64,000 bases of DNA, taken from the sequence record ON529855.1, one strand, 5' to 3'. Of this stretch, positions 26,601 through 33,611 are shown piece after piece. The stretch's first letter is position 1. Each line of letters opens with the position of its first letter. Under the pieces are notes generated by a model, which was not told the origin of the DNA, made no database searches, and saw only the letters and a program-made list of their open reading frames with translations. The position numbers and the translations under genes were made by a program.

Positions 26601-26665
26601 ATCGTGTAGGTCTGCGCCACGCCCGAGTAGGGATGCGAAGACTTACCGGAGGGGAGATCAGCCAT
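17606..26665 (-). CDS. Giant (3019 aa) glycine-rich virion fibre/adhesin candidate with 8 tandem ~295 aa polyglycine modules
   Basis: Each module shows K(L/A)WGGGG...GGWPDGG...GGGGSTR.Y.N..L..VAGGGGG...GGGGGYYGGG...GGGSS; acidic linker, then IRYKRT...VP..LEP.EIALNETDG fibre motif. Confidence 0.7.
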   Translation of the reverse strand: MADLPSGKSSHPYSGVAQTYTIATGGALSFKLWGGAGGGSNASNIAPRVGYGGAGGFVSGEVVVAAGDTIKIEVGGGGRTDPLTGAAVSPGGWPDGGVGGYAFTIRAAGGGGGSTRLYVNNVLVAVAGGGGGANHNETGTTVALGYSGAGGGLVGQDGFGQAGWAGLGGTQSAGGFSNPSNMPAKQGGSLRGGSGFVANADNRNGGGGGGGYYGGGAGAGQWTTNLSSGAGGGSSFLHASVATPLNVAGAGKTAPKTDDADYVAGVAVGADNGSTGVMALPGGNGLAVLTIAAVVIPPIPPGKTTLDFTGAVKSFVADRNTTLDIKAWGGAGAPAHRSDGSAALGGASGGGGFVRGKIALVTGDLVEISVAQGGQGGDGRTGSERGGFGGWPNGGNGAKYFTVGQLGGGGGATIVKVNGVIMLVAGGGGGSGMGYASGGYGGPGGGLIGQNGYAANNATLDYTNDSYRGIGGSQTGPGVSPFKPAFNGVGARGGDGYDSTVGETISSNSVNSGAGGGGGYYGGSGSASTGTFIPGGGAGGGSSYIHPSVVDGLTETGVITTGAPGAASDSDRGGKAAGRAAFGSNRGVGVPGGDGRVVVMAIDPPTPVGRGKFVLPFEGFAKSYEVTETSDLAFKLWGGGGSGASIVATRPLSYGGPGGFVSGVIRFKAGDILTVEVGAGGANTGAIGSGPSVGGWPDGGPGGFFATSRSAGAGGGSTRIYKNGALVAVAAGGGGGNVHENTTASRGYGGAGGGLTGADGDEAGGVRGTGGSQTAGGVCMARGADAVSSGGYLRGGSGGSTSVPVEVSNASGTVGAGGGGGYYGGGGSSGLASSTSSGAGGGSSFLHPAVDNGVTEMGLAQNPPRALDPDYVTGVAAGSVQGGPTDQALPGGNGRAVLDLGPPAATPELPSKISLAFRGAPVEYKVAADSILEAKLWGGGGAGGYANSGTRYAGAGGFTHVAIPVKANDTVRVEVGQGGRKPAVTTEGGLGGWPDGGDGGYASSTYCGGGGGGSTRIYVNDVLVAVAGAGGGVGGAFFSGSGGYYYGEHGGSSNYGAGGTQAAGGYAVGRYGDAAATGGLLRGGHGYGVGQNRTTADTRNGGGGGGGYYGGGSGGSGAGSGGGSSYIHAGYDGYTRRWNNGKTGGTEAGGANNTGSNGVPNASDPDYVAGVAASGNGTSNLSSTTHGGNGLAVLALVAQQTVAPERTLLYAGAVNQTWVATKPGKVTVRAWGGGAGGVAGTGTLANGGAAGMVSFTRDVVPGDTLSFQVAQGGRGPTATTGGLGGWPDGGNGGMGSAAIGWGGGGGSTRVYLNSSLLAVAAGGGAGGAGINTAQGGAGGGETGQDGAPASNANFAVGGGGTQTAGGVNKLYTTDASYAGDYLKGGHGYPVGGSNASVGEGTGPGGGGGYYGGAGGCDTVAGAVTGAGGAGGGSSLTPLNGTNAAGSGFTPPSADLPEYVSGVARPASASATLTQPWVTEGGDGQVFIRFDETPAAIPLQPTTLVLGNNVFGHTATARTITISQKGTVNVNLWGGAGSGATVGTFRPGGDGGYTRAAIEVVPGDTLRVEVGQGGRPFATAGGGQGGWPDGGDGARISALTGYGGGGGSTRLYKNDVLVMVAGGGGGGGGGSSVAVAGGAGGGADGGPASNANLKPGTGGTQVSGGVNTGYPTDTTYAGSSLRGGNGFGVGNARYSLGSNGIGLGMGPGGGGGYYGGGGGSSLNAATAAGSAGGGSHLTPANGESVVGLGGTAVPGFVLGTAQGSAGTSTLAQNPAPGGDGLAILNYLVPVDLPTGKTAYGSNRSERLFNVTTAGLLKVKLWGAGGSAAVRPSVTTPSVAGAGAFSLAEFLVKPGDVVRVDVASGGGVPAPTDTVSGLGGWPDGGRGGKYEAAGTSLAGSGGGSSRVWINGVLQLVAGGGGGANSWYSAAVPGDGGAAGGRIGLPGAGPATTVGNGGRDYRGGLLRGRAVGSISSGAYLSGGQGYPDGSTPDTAAGLNAGPGGGGGYYGGAAGTNLAATSAGGAGGGSSYGGPLALNYRLAGGVGANPPATGDADYAAGVGVGGVQATKAAILPGGDGRAVLDFTPGASIAPLPEGALSLLGDVYGPRDFITTFSGGVNLNLWGGGGAGSQLYTNTIAQDSIGGAGGHLTGVVMFQPGDLIRIEVGQGGSSPGNFTGSMGGWPDGGGGGPGTYGGGAGGGSTRVWRNGVLVAVVGGGGAGAATAARRGGFGGGLSGGNGVGTAQGMGTGGTQSAGGVGASNTSGNGNGAYLRGGDGFQIDGSESVVGASGVGATGAGGGGGYYGGGGGALNSGSTSGSAGGGSGFLGDLLLEGVTETSATGTPAGTTNPVYQSGVGLGGVPNFAIVPGMAGGPGLAALSVFEGELSIPVTFNVTQIGTVLVTSASGSGEGSKAGDAVGSLPVVTVVPPVGAIAMGAQGSGDLGESILMMDPQAKAAGGIGAYLPTIYVSGDLGGQPQNDALVVTGIGEDLAYPFPPSVGLEAGVDLKLDQTLTVTLQPMNYILGNGFEMFDPLVIALSEIEGEMGVADMWIGEIDSVIPLTAPEGSAEGNAGWAPQPGQFLGVVTLQAPQGDLSGPDETADGDFGAPVQIVPLAGLGELPIPYTTEPFENDITIAFATGGATGAANAIVSAGPQGGPLVTIAVGMNGDPLVEVTASVSRDLGLILVGTPLASFSRSATVRINYFDRIYVTPPRGFAAELTAAVVDGDLSDSVILVSPPESEGAGGTSASAPLPTVYLQPVEGYVEDGDGVHVSGSGGVVIRYKRTLVRGNVPIALEPLEIALNETDGLLFATDGYGVMQARPLGRIALGGVAPEGGEPGDILYADGTWRAPDPVYDAPVLLPARAGDRYLTDFGMDASANQPPVGKVVYRPFFLPRTTRFTRFGVTITAASAGTIRFGVCRWDQALQMPGDVAVSVQVSASGPTGPKSVDQDVVLEAGWHAAMIAVTGAAPTLSARRGPTAFAADMTMVGDPAAPDTGSLLDAPTPTSREASALAYVWATA

Positions 26666-26830
26666 CAGCAGGACTCAGACGCAGAAAAGCGCCCGGCGCG
26701 AAAACGCCGGACGCAAGAAGGTATGGGATGAGCGGAGAAGTCGCGCCGTCACAGCAAACCAAAGGGAACCGAAGCCCGCCTTGTACCACAAGACGGGCTC
26801 GATTGCCAGGAATTACGGCGTCGACTGCTG

Positions 26831-27244
26831 TTAGTTCTGGAAGCGCAGGGGCGCCGAGAAGGTCACGGCGAACGAGGCGTTCGTCGACGAGATTTCCTGG
26901 TTGAAATCGACGTAGGCGACCAGAGGGTTGGCGGTGGCGACGCCGGCGGCGAAATAGATCACCGCGCCGCGCGCCGTGACGGTGGCGTTGGACCAGGCCA
27001 CGTTCGAGAAAGACAGGTCGACACGGTTGCCGACGTTGTCCTTGGAGACCGTGACGGTGGTGCCCTGGCCGCCGGCGGTGTAGCCGGTGCCGGTCACTTC
27101 GTTGGTGACGTCCGACATGCGCGTGTGCGACTTCACGGCGTTGTAGCCGGCGCCGACAAGCGCGACCTTGAAGCCGGTGACATCGAACTCAAGGTCCCCT
27201 TTGCAGAGGTCCTCGATCATGGAGTTGTAAACGAGAGAGGCCAT
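26831..27244 (-). CDS. Fibre N-terminal/anchor-like protein
   Basis: FKVAL...GTGYTAGG...V.W..AT.TARGAVIY pattern common in phage fibre anchors. Confidence 0.55.
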   Translation of the reverse strand: MASLVYNSMIEDLCKGDLEFDVTGFKVALVGAGYNAVKSHTRMSDVTNEVTGTGYTAGGQGTTVTVSKDNVGNRVDLSFSNVAWSNATVTARGAVIYFAAGVATANPLVAYVDFNQEISSTNASFAVTFSAPLRFQN

Positions 27245-27296
27245 GGGGTTTCTGTCTCCTAGAGGCCGTTAAAGTTGGGTTCCGACCGGCCCCCGG

Positions 27297-27986
27297 TCAG
27301 AAAGTTCCGCCGTCAATCTTGACGTTGGTGAGGGTCACGCCATCCAGGATTCCACCCGTGACGTTGATGTTGTCGGCGTCTTGGAGCGCCATGGTGCCGA
27401 GATCGTCGGGGTTGCCCGACCCTGAGCCCACGCCGGTCTCGCCGATGTAGCGGTAGGCCTCGAAGTAGACGCCGTGACTGGCGACGGAGACCGCGCCGGA
27501 CCCGATCGTGGCGGTCTTGCCCGCCGGGATCGTGCCGGTGAAAATGAGGACGCCGGCGGCGTAGTCGAACACCCACTCTTCGTCGGTGGTGTCCGGGAAG
27601 ATGCGCGCCGCCGGGCCGACGTTGGGATCGCCGACGAAGACCTTGACCGCGTAGCCGGAGCCGAAGGTGGGGGCGATGAAGTTGATCGCCCGCGTCTCGA
27701 CGTCGCCGTGCGTGGTCGTCGCCAGCCAGGCCACGTTCGCCGGCGAAGTCGGATCAACCGTCGCCCGAATGCGCTGCGCGCCGGCGTAGGCCTGGATGAA
27801 GGCGTTCTCCACCGGCGTGACCGGAATGTCGTCGCCCTGCTGCCAGACCGTCGACGGCAGGACCGGAGACGGCGACGCGATCGTTTCGTTCGAGCCGAAC
27901 TTGAGCGCCGCGCTGGCCGTCTTGGAGACGCCGAAGATGATCTTCTTCCAGAGGAAGTCGATCTTTTCACTGTCAATGATCGCCAT
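27297..27986 (-). CDS. Putative virion protein, paralogue of N-terminus of 27997..30168
   Basis: Shared MAI(I/V)DSEK.D.LWKKI.FG ... FPDTT.EEWVFDYAAGVL. Confidence 0.6.
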   Translation of the reverse strand: MAIIDSEKIDFLWKKIIFGVSKTASAALKFGSNETIASPSPVLPSTVWQQGDDIPVTPVENAFIQAYAGAQRIRATVDPTSPANVAWLATTTHGDVETRAINFIAPTFGSGYAVKVFVGDPNVGPAARIFPDTTDEEWVFDYAAGVLIFTGTIPAGKTATIGSGAVSVASHGVYFEAYRYIGETGVGSGSGNPDDLGTMALQDADNINVTGGILDGVTLTNVKIDGGTF

Positions 27987-27996
27987 CGTCCGCGCC

Positions 27997-30168
27997 CTAG
28001 TTCGTGAACGACAGGGCCGTGATCGCCTGCCCGGCGTTCAGCCGGAACCGGACCAGGATTTCGTTGCCGGTGGCGTTGGTCGACGACTGCGTGCCGAAGG
28101 TGATCTGGAAGGCGCCGGTCGCTCCGGTCATCACCGAGCCCAGGGCGCAACCCGCATCCGCATCTCCCGCTTCACCAGGGACGCCTGCGCCGTCATAGGG
28201 CTTGAAGGCGTTCCACCAGCCGTTGGGGGCATTCGGCGCACTATCCGACGCGCCCGGCAGCTTGATGCGGCAGTCGGCGTAGGTGCCGGTGACGTTGATC
28301 TTGAAGGCTGACAGAGCCGAGCGGTTGAAGCTGAAGGTGACGTATTGCTCGCCCGAACGGCCGACTGACATGTTGGGGCCGGCGGGCAGGTAGGCGCTGT
28401 AGTCGGTCTGGTCGTGCTTCAGCACGCCGCCGACCACCAGGGCTTCGTGGGTCGCCGGCGTCGGCGTGGAGTCCCAGGTAGCGGCCGCGCCCGCAGGGGT
28501 CGGCCCCGCCGCGAGCGACTTGCGCACGGCGGCGTTGCCGTTGGGCGCAGCGCCCAGGCCGGTGACCGGAACCGACATCTCATTGATGCGGCTGCCGGAC
28601 GTGCCGCGCTTGACCAGGATATTCTTGGCCTGGATGGTGGTGGCGGCCGTCGCGCCGTTGACATTGCGGGCCGTCGCCTGGAGGACGCCGACATTGTGGA
28701 CATTGGTCCCGTCGATCGCCACGGTGGCGGGCGTGATGGCGACCGCAGCGACGTCGCCGCGCGCCATCGGCGTGGTGATGCCCAGGGCGGCGTAGGCCAG
28801 CGTGTCGGACGAGATGATTCCGTTGGTGCCCGAAATCACCAGCGGGTCCGCCCCGCCGTAATAGGTCTCGCCGGGGACGAGATTGGCGAGCGTCAGGCCG
28901 ACCGTCAGGGTCGCGCCGTCGCCGTAGTGGGGGACGCCCGAGGAATAGGCCAGGGTTCCGGCGGTGGCCTGAACGACCGTCCCTGCCGAAATCGTCGGAT
29001 TGCCGGCACCGGCGTCGCGGACGAAGAAGACCTCGTTCGTCTGACCCGCGCCGGTGTGCGCGATACGGGCCTTATTGACCCCGATCTGAGCGGCGAAACC
29101 CGTCAGGCTGACGTCGATCGATTTCCAGAAGCCCGGCGTGGAGAGGGGGAAGTCTTTCTGATCCGCGATCGTCAGACCGTCGACCGTGCCGTTGTCGGCC
29201 GTGCCGGTCAGGACCTTGGTCGCGACCACGGCGCCGTTGAGCGAGGCCGTGATGGTGCCCACGTCGCCCGGACCCACGTCGCCGAACACGTTGGAGTTAA
29301 CGACGGCGCCTGTGATCCGCGTGACGGCGTCGCCCGCAACCAGGGTCGAGGCGGCGTGATCGGTCACGCCGGTCGCCAGGCGCGGCGAAGAGCCGGCGGC
29401 GTTCGCCACCGACAGGGTCCCGTTCGGGAACATGGGGGGTTGGCTCGGGACCAGCTTGCCCAGGACCTCATTGAGGCGGTCGACGGCTTCCGAGACCGGG
29501 GTCTCGTCGTCGAGCGGCACCGCGCCGGGCGTCCACGACCCGTCGCCGTGCGCGACGATGTCACCCAGGGGGAGTTCAAATCCGTCCGAGGCCCCCGACT
29601 TCGGGATGCCCCGCAGGCCTTGATACTGGCAGGCTTCAATGAAGATGCCCGAGGTGGCGATGTCGACGTTGCCGGTGCCGATGGTGGCGGGCTTGGCCGC
29701 CGGGATCGTCGAGGCGAACAGCAGGACGCCGGCGGCGTAGTCGAACACCCACTCCTCGTTGGTGGTGTCCGGGAACAGGCGCGCGGCCGGGCCGACCTCA
29801 GGGTCGCCGATGAAGACGCGCGCGGCGTAGCTGGACCCGAAGGTCGGCGGGATGAAGTCGGTCAGACGCGTGGTGATGTCGCCCTGGGTCTCGGTCGCCA
29901 GCCAGGTCAGGTTGGGCGTCGAGGTCGGATCAGTGGTGGCGGCGATGCGCGCCGCGCCCGTGCGCACCTTGACTTCAGGCGTGTCTGCGGCCGGCGCGAA
30001 GTCCGGGATCAGGTCCGTCGCGCCCCAGATCGATTCCGGGTAGACCGGCGAGGGAGAGGGGATGGTCTCGTTGGAGCCCGCCTTGTCCGCCGCCTTGGCC
30101 GACTTGGTCGTGCCGAAGCCGATCTTCTTCCACAGGAGGTCCAGCTTCTCAGAGTCTACAATCGCCAT
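27997..30168 (-). CDS. Putative virion fibre/structural protein (723 aa)
   Basis: N-domain shared with 27297..27986; C-terminal ~500 aa shared with 30181..32223. Confidence 0.6.
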   Translation of the reverse strand: MAIVDSEKLDLLWKKIGFGTTKSAKAADKAGSNETIPSPSPVYPESIWGATDLIPDFAPAADTPEVKVRTGAARIAATTDPTSTPNLTWLATETQGDITTRLTDFIPPTFGSSYAARVFIGDPEVGPAARLFPDTTNEEWVFDYAAGVLLFASTIPAAKPATIGTGNVDIATSGIFIEACQYQGLRGIPKSGASDGFELPLGDIVAHGDGSWTPGAVPLDDETPVSEAVDRLNEVLGKLVPSQPPMFPNGTLSVANAAGSSPRLATGVTDHAASTLVAGDAVTRITGAVVNSNVFGDVGPGDVGTITASLNGAVVATKVLTGTADNGTVDGLTIADQKDFPLSTPGFWKSIDVSLTGFAAQIGVNKARIAHTGAGQTNEVFFVRDAGAGNPTISAGTVVQATAGTLAYSSGVPHYGDGATLTVGLTLANLVPGETYYGGADPLVISGTNGIISSDTLAYAALGITTPMARGDVAAVAITPATVAIDGTNVHNVGVLQATARNVNGATAATTIQAKNILVKRGTSGSRINEMSVPVTGLGAAPNGNAAVRKSLAAGPTPAGAAATWDSTPTPATHEALVVGGVLKHDQTDYSAYLPAGPNMSVGRSGEQYVTFSFNRSALSAFKINVTGTYADCRIKLPGASDSAPNAPNGWWNAFKPYDGAGVPGEAGDADAGCALGSVMTGATGAFQITFGTQSSTNATGNEILVRFRLNAGQAITALSFTN

Positions 30169-30180
30169 GCCAGGGCCGCC

Positions 30181-32223
30181 TTAGTTCGTGAAGGAGAGCG
30201 CGGAGATCGCCTGGCCCTGGACCAGCTTGAACCGCACGAGGATGAGGTTGTCGGTCGCGTTCGTTGACGACTGCGTGCCGAAGGTGATGGTGAAGGCGCC
30301 GGTCGAGCCCGACATGACCGTGCCGGAGGCGCAGCCCGCCAGCGGGTCGCCGGCTTCGCCGGGCACGCCCGCGCCGTCGTAAGGCTTGAAGCCGTCCCAC
30401 CAGCCGCCAGGGGCGTTCGGCTGCTGATCGGACACGCCCGGCAGCTTGACCCAGCAACCGGCGTAGGCGCCGGTGACGTTGATCTTGAAGGCCGAGCGCG
30501 CGGCGCGACGGAAGGCGAAGGTGACGTACTGGGCGCCGTCTCGGCCGACCGACAGGTCCGGACCCGCCGGCAGGTGCCCCTGGGCGTAGTTGGTGCGGTT
30601 GTGTGCCAGGACGCCGGCGACGACCGCTGCTTCGTGGGCCGGCAGGGCCGCCGTGGCGTCCCAGACCCCATGCGCCGCAGCCGGCGTGTCGCCAGCGGCC
30701 GTCGATACCCGCACGGCGTTGAGCGTGTTGGGCAGGGCGCCGAGGCCGGTGACCGACACGCTCATTTCGTCCAGGCGCGCGCCAGCCGCGCCGCGCTTGA
30801 TCAGAATGGTCGGGCCGCCGAGATCAGTGGTGACGGAGCCGTTGACGTTGCGGGCGACGCCGGAGACCTTGCCAGACACATGGCCCGAGCCGTCGACGGC
30901 GATCGTCTGCGGCGTCACGGCCTGCGCCGTCAAGGTGTTGCGCGCCAGCGGCGCGTCGATGCCGGTCGACGGCACATAGCCGAAGGTCTTGGTCGCGATG
31001 ACGGGTCCCGAGAACTGAACGGGATCGCCGCCGCCGTAGTAGGTTTCGCCCGCCAGATTGGCGATCGACATGGCGACCGTCAGGGTCGCGCCATCGCCAT
31101 AATGAGGAACCCCCGAAGAATAGGCCAGCGTCCCCGCCGAGGCCTGGGCCACCGATCCGGCCGAGATGACGGGCGAAGCCGTCATGTCGTCGCGCATGAA
31201 AACGACGGGATTCGTGACTCCGGCCTGACTATGCGCCATCTGGACCGAGTTCAGTCCGAAGGGCGCCGGCAGGAGGTTCAGGCTGACGTCGATCGACTTC
31301 CAGAAGCCCGGCGTCTCGACTGGGAAGTCCTTCTGGTCCGCAATCACGAGCCCGGCGTAGGACCCGTTGTCGCCCTCACCCGTCAGGGTGCGGCTGGTGA
31401 CCACGGCGCCGTTCAGGCTGACGGCGATCAGGCCCGCGTCGCCAGGGCCGACGTCACCGAACACAAACGACGAGAAACCGGCGGCCGTGATGCGGCTGAC
31501 GGCGGTGCCCGGCGTGAGGGATGCGCTGAAGTTATTGGTGTAGCCCTGGGTCAGGCGCGGCGATGCGCCGGCGCCGTTGGCGATCGCCAGGGTCCCGTTC
31601 GGGAACATCGGCGGCTGCGAAGGGATCAGCTTGCCCAGCACTTCATTGAGGCGGTCCACCGCTTCGGACACCGGCGTGGCGTTCTCCAGCGGCACAGCGC
31701 CCGGCGTCCAGGACCCGTCGCCGTGCTCGACGATGTCGCCCAGAATGACGTGGAAGCCGTCCAGGTTGTCGATCTTGTCGGCCGCGTCCTGGAGGCGGAC
31801 GTTGACCTTCGAGATCGCCGTGGCGACGTCGGTGGTCTCGTCCAATGCGACCGCGCCAGTCTCCCACAGGCCTTCGCCCGAGATCGGATCGATGCGGTCG
31901 CCCAAGGGGATGTTGATCCCGATGGGGGAGAAGTTCGCGAGGGCCAGGTTCAGGCGCTGAAGCGCCTCGGCCATGTTGTCGGTGGGCTCCAGCACCACCA
32001 GGCCGCCGGTCCAGTCGGTGTTGTCGCCCAGCAGGATTTCGTCGGCGTCGCGCGCCTCGGCGACGACGACGCTGACCGAACCGTCAGCCCCGTATTCGCC
32101 CGCGAACAACAGCCCGCAGGTGTACCCCTCGTCTTCCGGCGGGGTCTTGGCGAAAAGGGGGAACGCCCGGTGGGTTTCGACGTCGACTGCGACATCGCCC
32201 GTGACGTCGACGAGCAGAGCCAT
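30181..32223 (-). CDS. Putative virion fibre/structural protein (680 aa)
   Basis: GDGSWTPGAVPL...VSEAVDRLNEVLGKL.PSQPPMFPNGTL through FGTQSSTNAT.N.ILVRF shared with the previous gene. Confidence 0.6.
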   Translation of the reverse strand: MALLVDVTGDVAVDVETHRAFPLFAKTPPEDEGYTCGLLFAGEYGADGSVSVVVAEARDADEILLGDNTDWTGGLVVLEPTDNMAEALQRLNLALANFSPIGINIPLGDRIDPISGEGLWETGAVALDETTDVATAISKVNVRLQDAADKIDNLDGFHVILGDIVEHGDGSWTPGAVPLENATPVSEAVDRLNEVLGKLIPSQPPMFPNGTLAIANGAGASPRLTQGYTNNFSASLTPGTAVSRITAAGFSSFVFGDVGPGDAGLIAVSLNGAVVTSRTLTGEGDNGSYAGLVIADQKDFPVETPGFWKSIDVSLNLLPAPFGLNSVQMAHSQAGVTNPVVFMRDDMTASPVISAGSVAQASAGTLAYSSGVPHYGDGATLTVAMSIANLAGETYYGGGDPVQFSGPVIATKTFGYVPSTGIDAPLARNTLTAQAVTPQTIAVDGSGHVSGKVSGVARNVNGSVTTDLGGPTILIKRGAAGARLDEMSVSVTGLGALPNTLNAVRVSTAAGDTPAAAHGVWDATAALPAHEAAVVAGVLAHNRTNYAQGHLPAGPDLSVGRDGAQYVTFAFRRAARSAFKINVTGAYAGCWVKLPGVSDQQPNAPGGWWDGFKPYDGAGVPGEAGDPLAGCASGTVMSGSTGAFTITFGTQSSTNATDNLILVRFKLVQGQAISALSFTN

Positions 32224-32224
32224 A

Positions 32225-32596
32225 CTAGCGGAGACGGATTTGGATGTGGTCCTGCGGGATGATGATCCCCTGACCGGCTTCGGTGGCGCGCGACGTGCGC
32301 AGACGGCCGTAGAGAACCATGTCCCCAGCGGCGTCGAAGATCGCGAAGTAGTTGACCTGGACCCAGTCGTTGAGCGCGGGGCCGAAGGCCAGCGGGCCGA
32401 CCGAGGTCAGGTTGGTGATGCCGGCGGCGACGGTCTTGGCGAGCGTGATCGGACGGCGCTCGTAACCGAGGTCGGCCGCCGGCTCGACGATCAGCGTGCC
32501 GTCAGGCTCGGGTGCGGACGCGAGCAGGCCCAGGGTGAGATCATCACCCCAGGCCGCGAGGATCGCGTCGTGAGTCTTGTACGACAGGTTGGGCAC
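32225..32596 (-). CDS. Fibre anchor-like small protein
   Basis: GYERRPITL...F.PA..DW..V.YFAIFDAAG.M..YG.L pattern. Confidence 0.55.
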   Translation of the reverse strand: MPNLSYKTHDAILAAWGDDLTLGLLASAPEPDGTLIVEPAADLGYERRPITLAKTVAAGITNLTSVGPLAFGPALNDWVQVNYFAIFDAAGDMVLYGRLRTSRATEAGQGIIIPQDHIQIRLR

Positions 32597-32607
32597 GGAG
32601 GCGGGCC

Positions 32608-33156
32608 TTACTTGGCCTTGCGACCGCGACGGGGAGTCTTGGAGACGGTGGTCGTGTCGGCGGCTTCGGCGACAGCCGAAACGTCGATGGCGTCTTCGTT
32701 GTCCAGGTCCGACGAGTCGTCGGCCGGGGCGGCGGAGAAGTCCTTCACCTCGGGCTCCGGCAGGTGGGCGGCGGCGGCCGCAGCAGCGGCGGCCTTGGCC
32801 TGCACTTCAGCCTGGGCAGCCGCAGCAGCTTGTGCGGCGGCGGCTTCCAGAGCCTGCTGCTGAGCGATCGCGGCGGCCATGGCGGCTTGCTGCTGTTGCA
32901 GGGCCTGGGCGGCCTGCGACGCGGCCGGGGACTGCCCGTTCTCGTCCTTGCCGGTGGCGCGGTCGAGCACGCGCTGCGACGGCGCGGGGCCTTCCGGCGG
33001 GGTCACAGTGGCGAAGGGCGCGTAGGCGGCCGGGTTCGCCGGAACGAAGCGAGTCCACGAATAGCCGGCGCCGACGACGAGGTCACGCGCGTTGGGGCGG
33101 GTGTGACGTTCGGGGTTGCCGTTGGAGTCGTAGATGATGACGGTGTTGTCGGCCAT
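32608..33156 (-). CDS. Ala/Gln-rich hypothetical protein, first gene of the fibre operon
   Basis: ATG at 33156 (MADNTV), downstream of the conserved promoter at 33249-33264. Confidence 0.6.
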   Translation of the reverse strand: MADNTVIIYDSNGNPERHTRPNARDLVVGAGYSWTRFVPANPAAYAPFATVTPPEGPAPSQRVLDRATGKDENGQSPAASQAAQALQQQQAAMAAAIAQQQALEAAAAQAAAAAQAEVQAKAAAAAAAAAHLPEPEVKDFSAAPADDSSDLDNEDAIDVSAVAEAADTTTVSKTPRRGRKAK

Positions 33157-33356
33157 GTGCGGCGTAAATCCTGCGTATCGGGTAGATGCGAAAAAGGGCG
33201 CAGTCGAGCCGCGCGAGACTAGGCTTTCTGGCATGAATCCTGCTCAAAGTCAAGATTTCCAGCACTGAGCGCCAGGAATCGCGGCAATCAGAGTCCCCTT
33301 GACGAGCGATCTAATCTCGATCTAAATCCGATCGTCTTTAGATCGAGAGGAAACCC

Positions 33357-33527
33357 ATGGACAAACTGTATAGCTGGTCGAGCAAGCGCGCCGGCGGCCG
33401 CATCACCATCAAACATGCAACCGGAAAGATCGTGAACGTGGACGTGATCGAACCCATCAACGGCAAGGTCGTCGCGATCGACAAGGACGGCCGCTCCTAT
33501 GAACTGGTCGTCGCGCCGCCCGTTTAA
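33357..33527 (+). CDS. Small hypothetical protein MDKLYSWSSKRAGGRITIKH... (56 aa)
   Basis: GAGAGG SD, promoter TTGACG-N17-CTAAAT at about 33299-33327; below track cutoff. Confidence 0.65.
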   Translation: MDKLYSWSSKRAGGRITIKHATGKIVNVDVIEPINGKVVAIDKDGRSYELVVAPPV

Positions 33528-33606
33528 TCCACATATCCACAACAGCCGCGCTTCTGTGGATAAGTCAGGATTCCTGATTGACGGTCCAGGGCAGCCCGGC
33601 TACATC
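33525..33606 (+). promoter_or_regulatory. Caulobacter-consensus promoter with upstream DnaA-like boxes and a GANTC site
   Basis: TTGACG (33578) ... GCTACATC (33599-33606); TGTGGATAA 33555-33563; TAATCCACA and ATATCCACA at 33525-33541; GATTC 33569. Confidence 0.65.
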
Positions 33607-33611
33607 CCTAA

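Noticed and set aside
17792-26731. Long plus-strand ORFs (e.g. 20930..24262, 24449..26731; also 35117..37159 and 61..1497)
   Set aside because: Antisense shadows of GC3-rich minus-strand genes; no SD, no recognisable motifs.
17606-32223. Diversity-generating retroelement behind the repeated fibre domains
   Set aside because: No reverse transcriptase in the window; paralogues diverge at all base types, not adenine-specifically.
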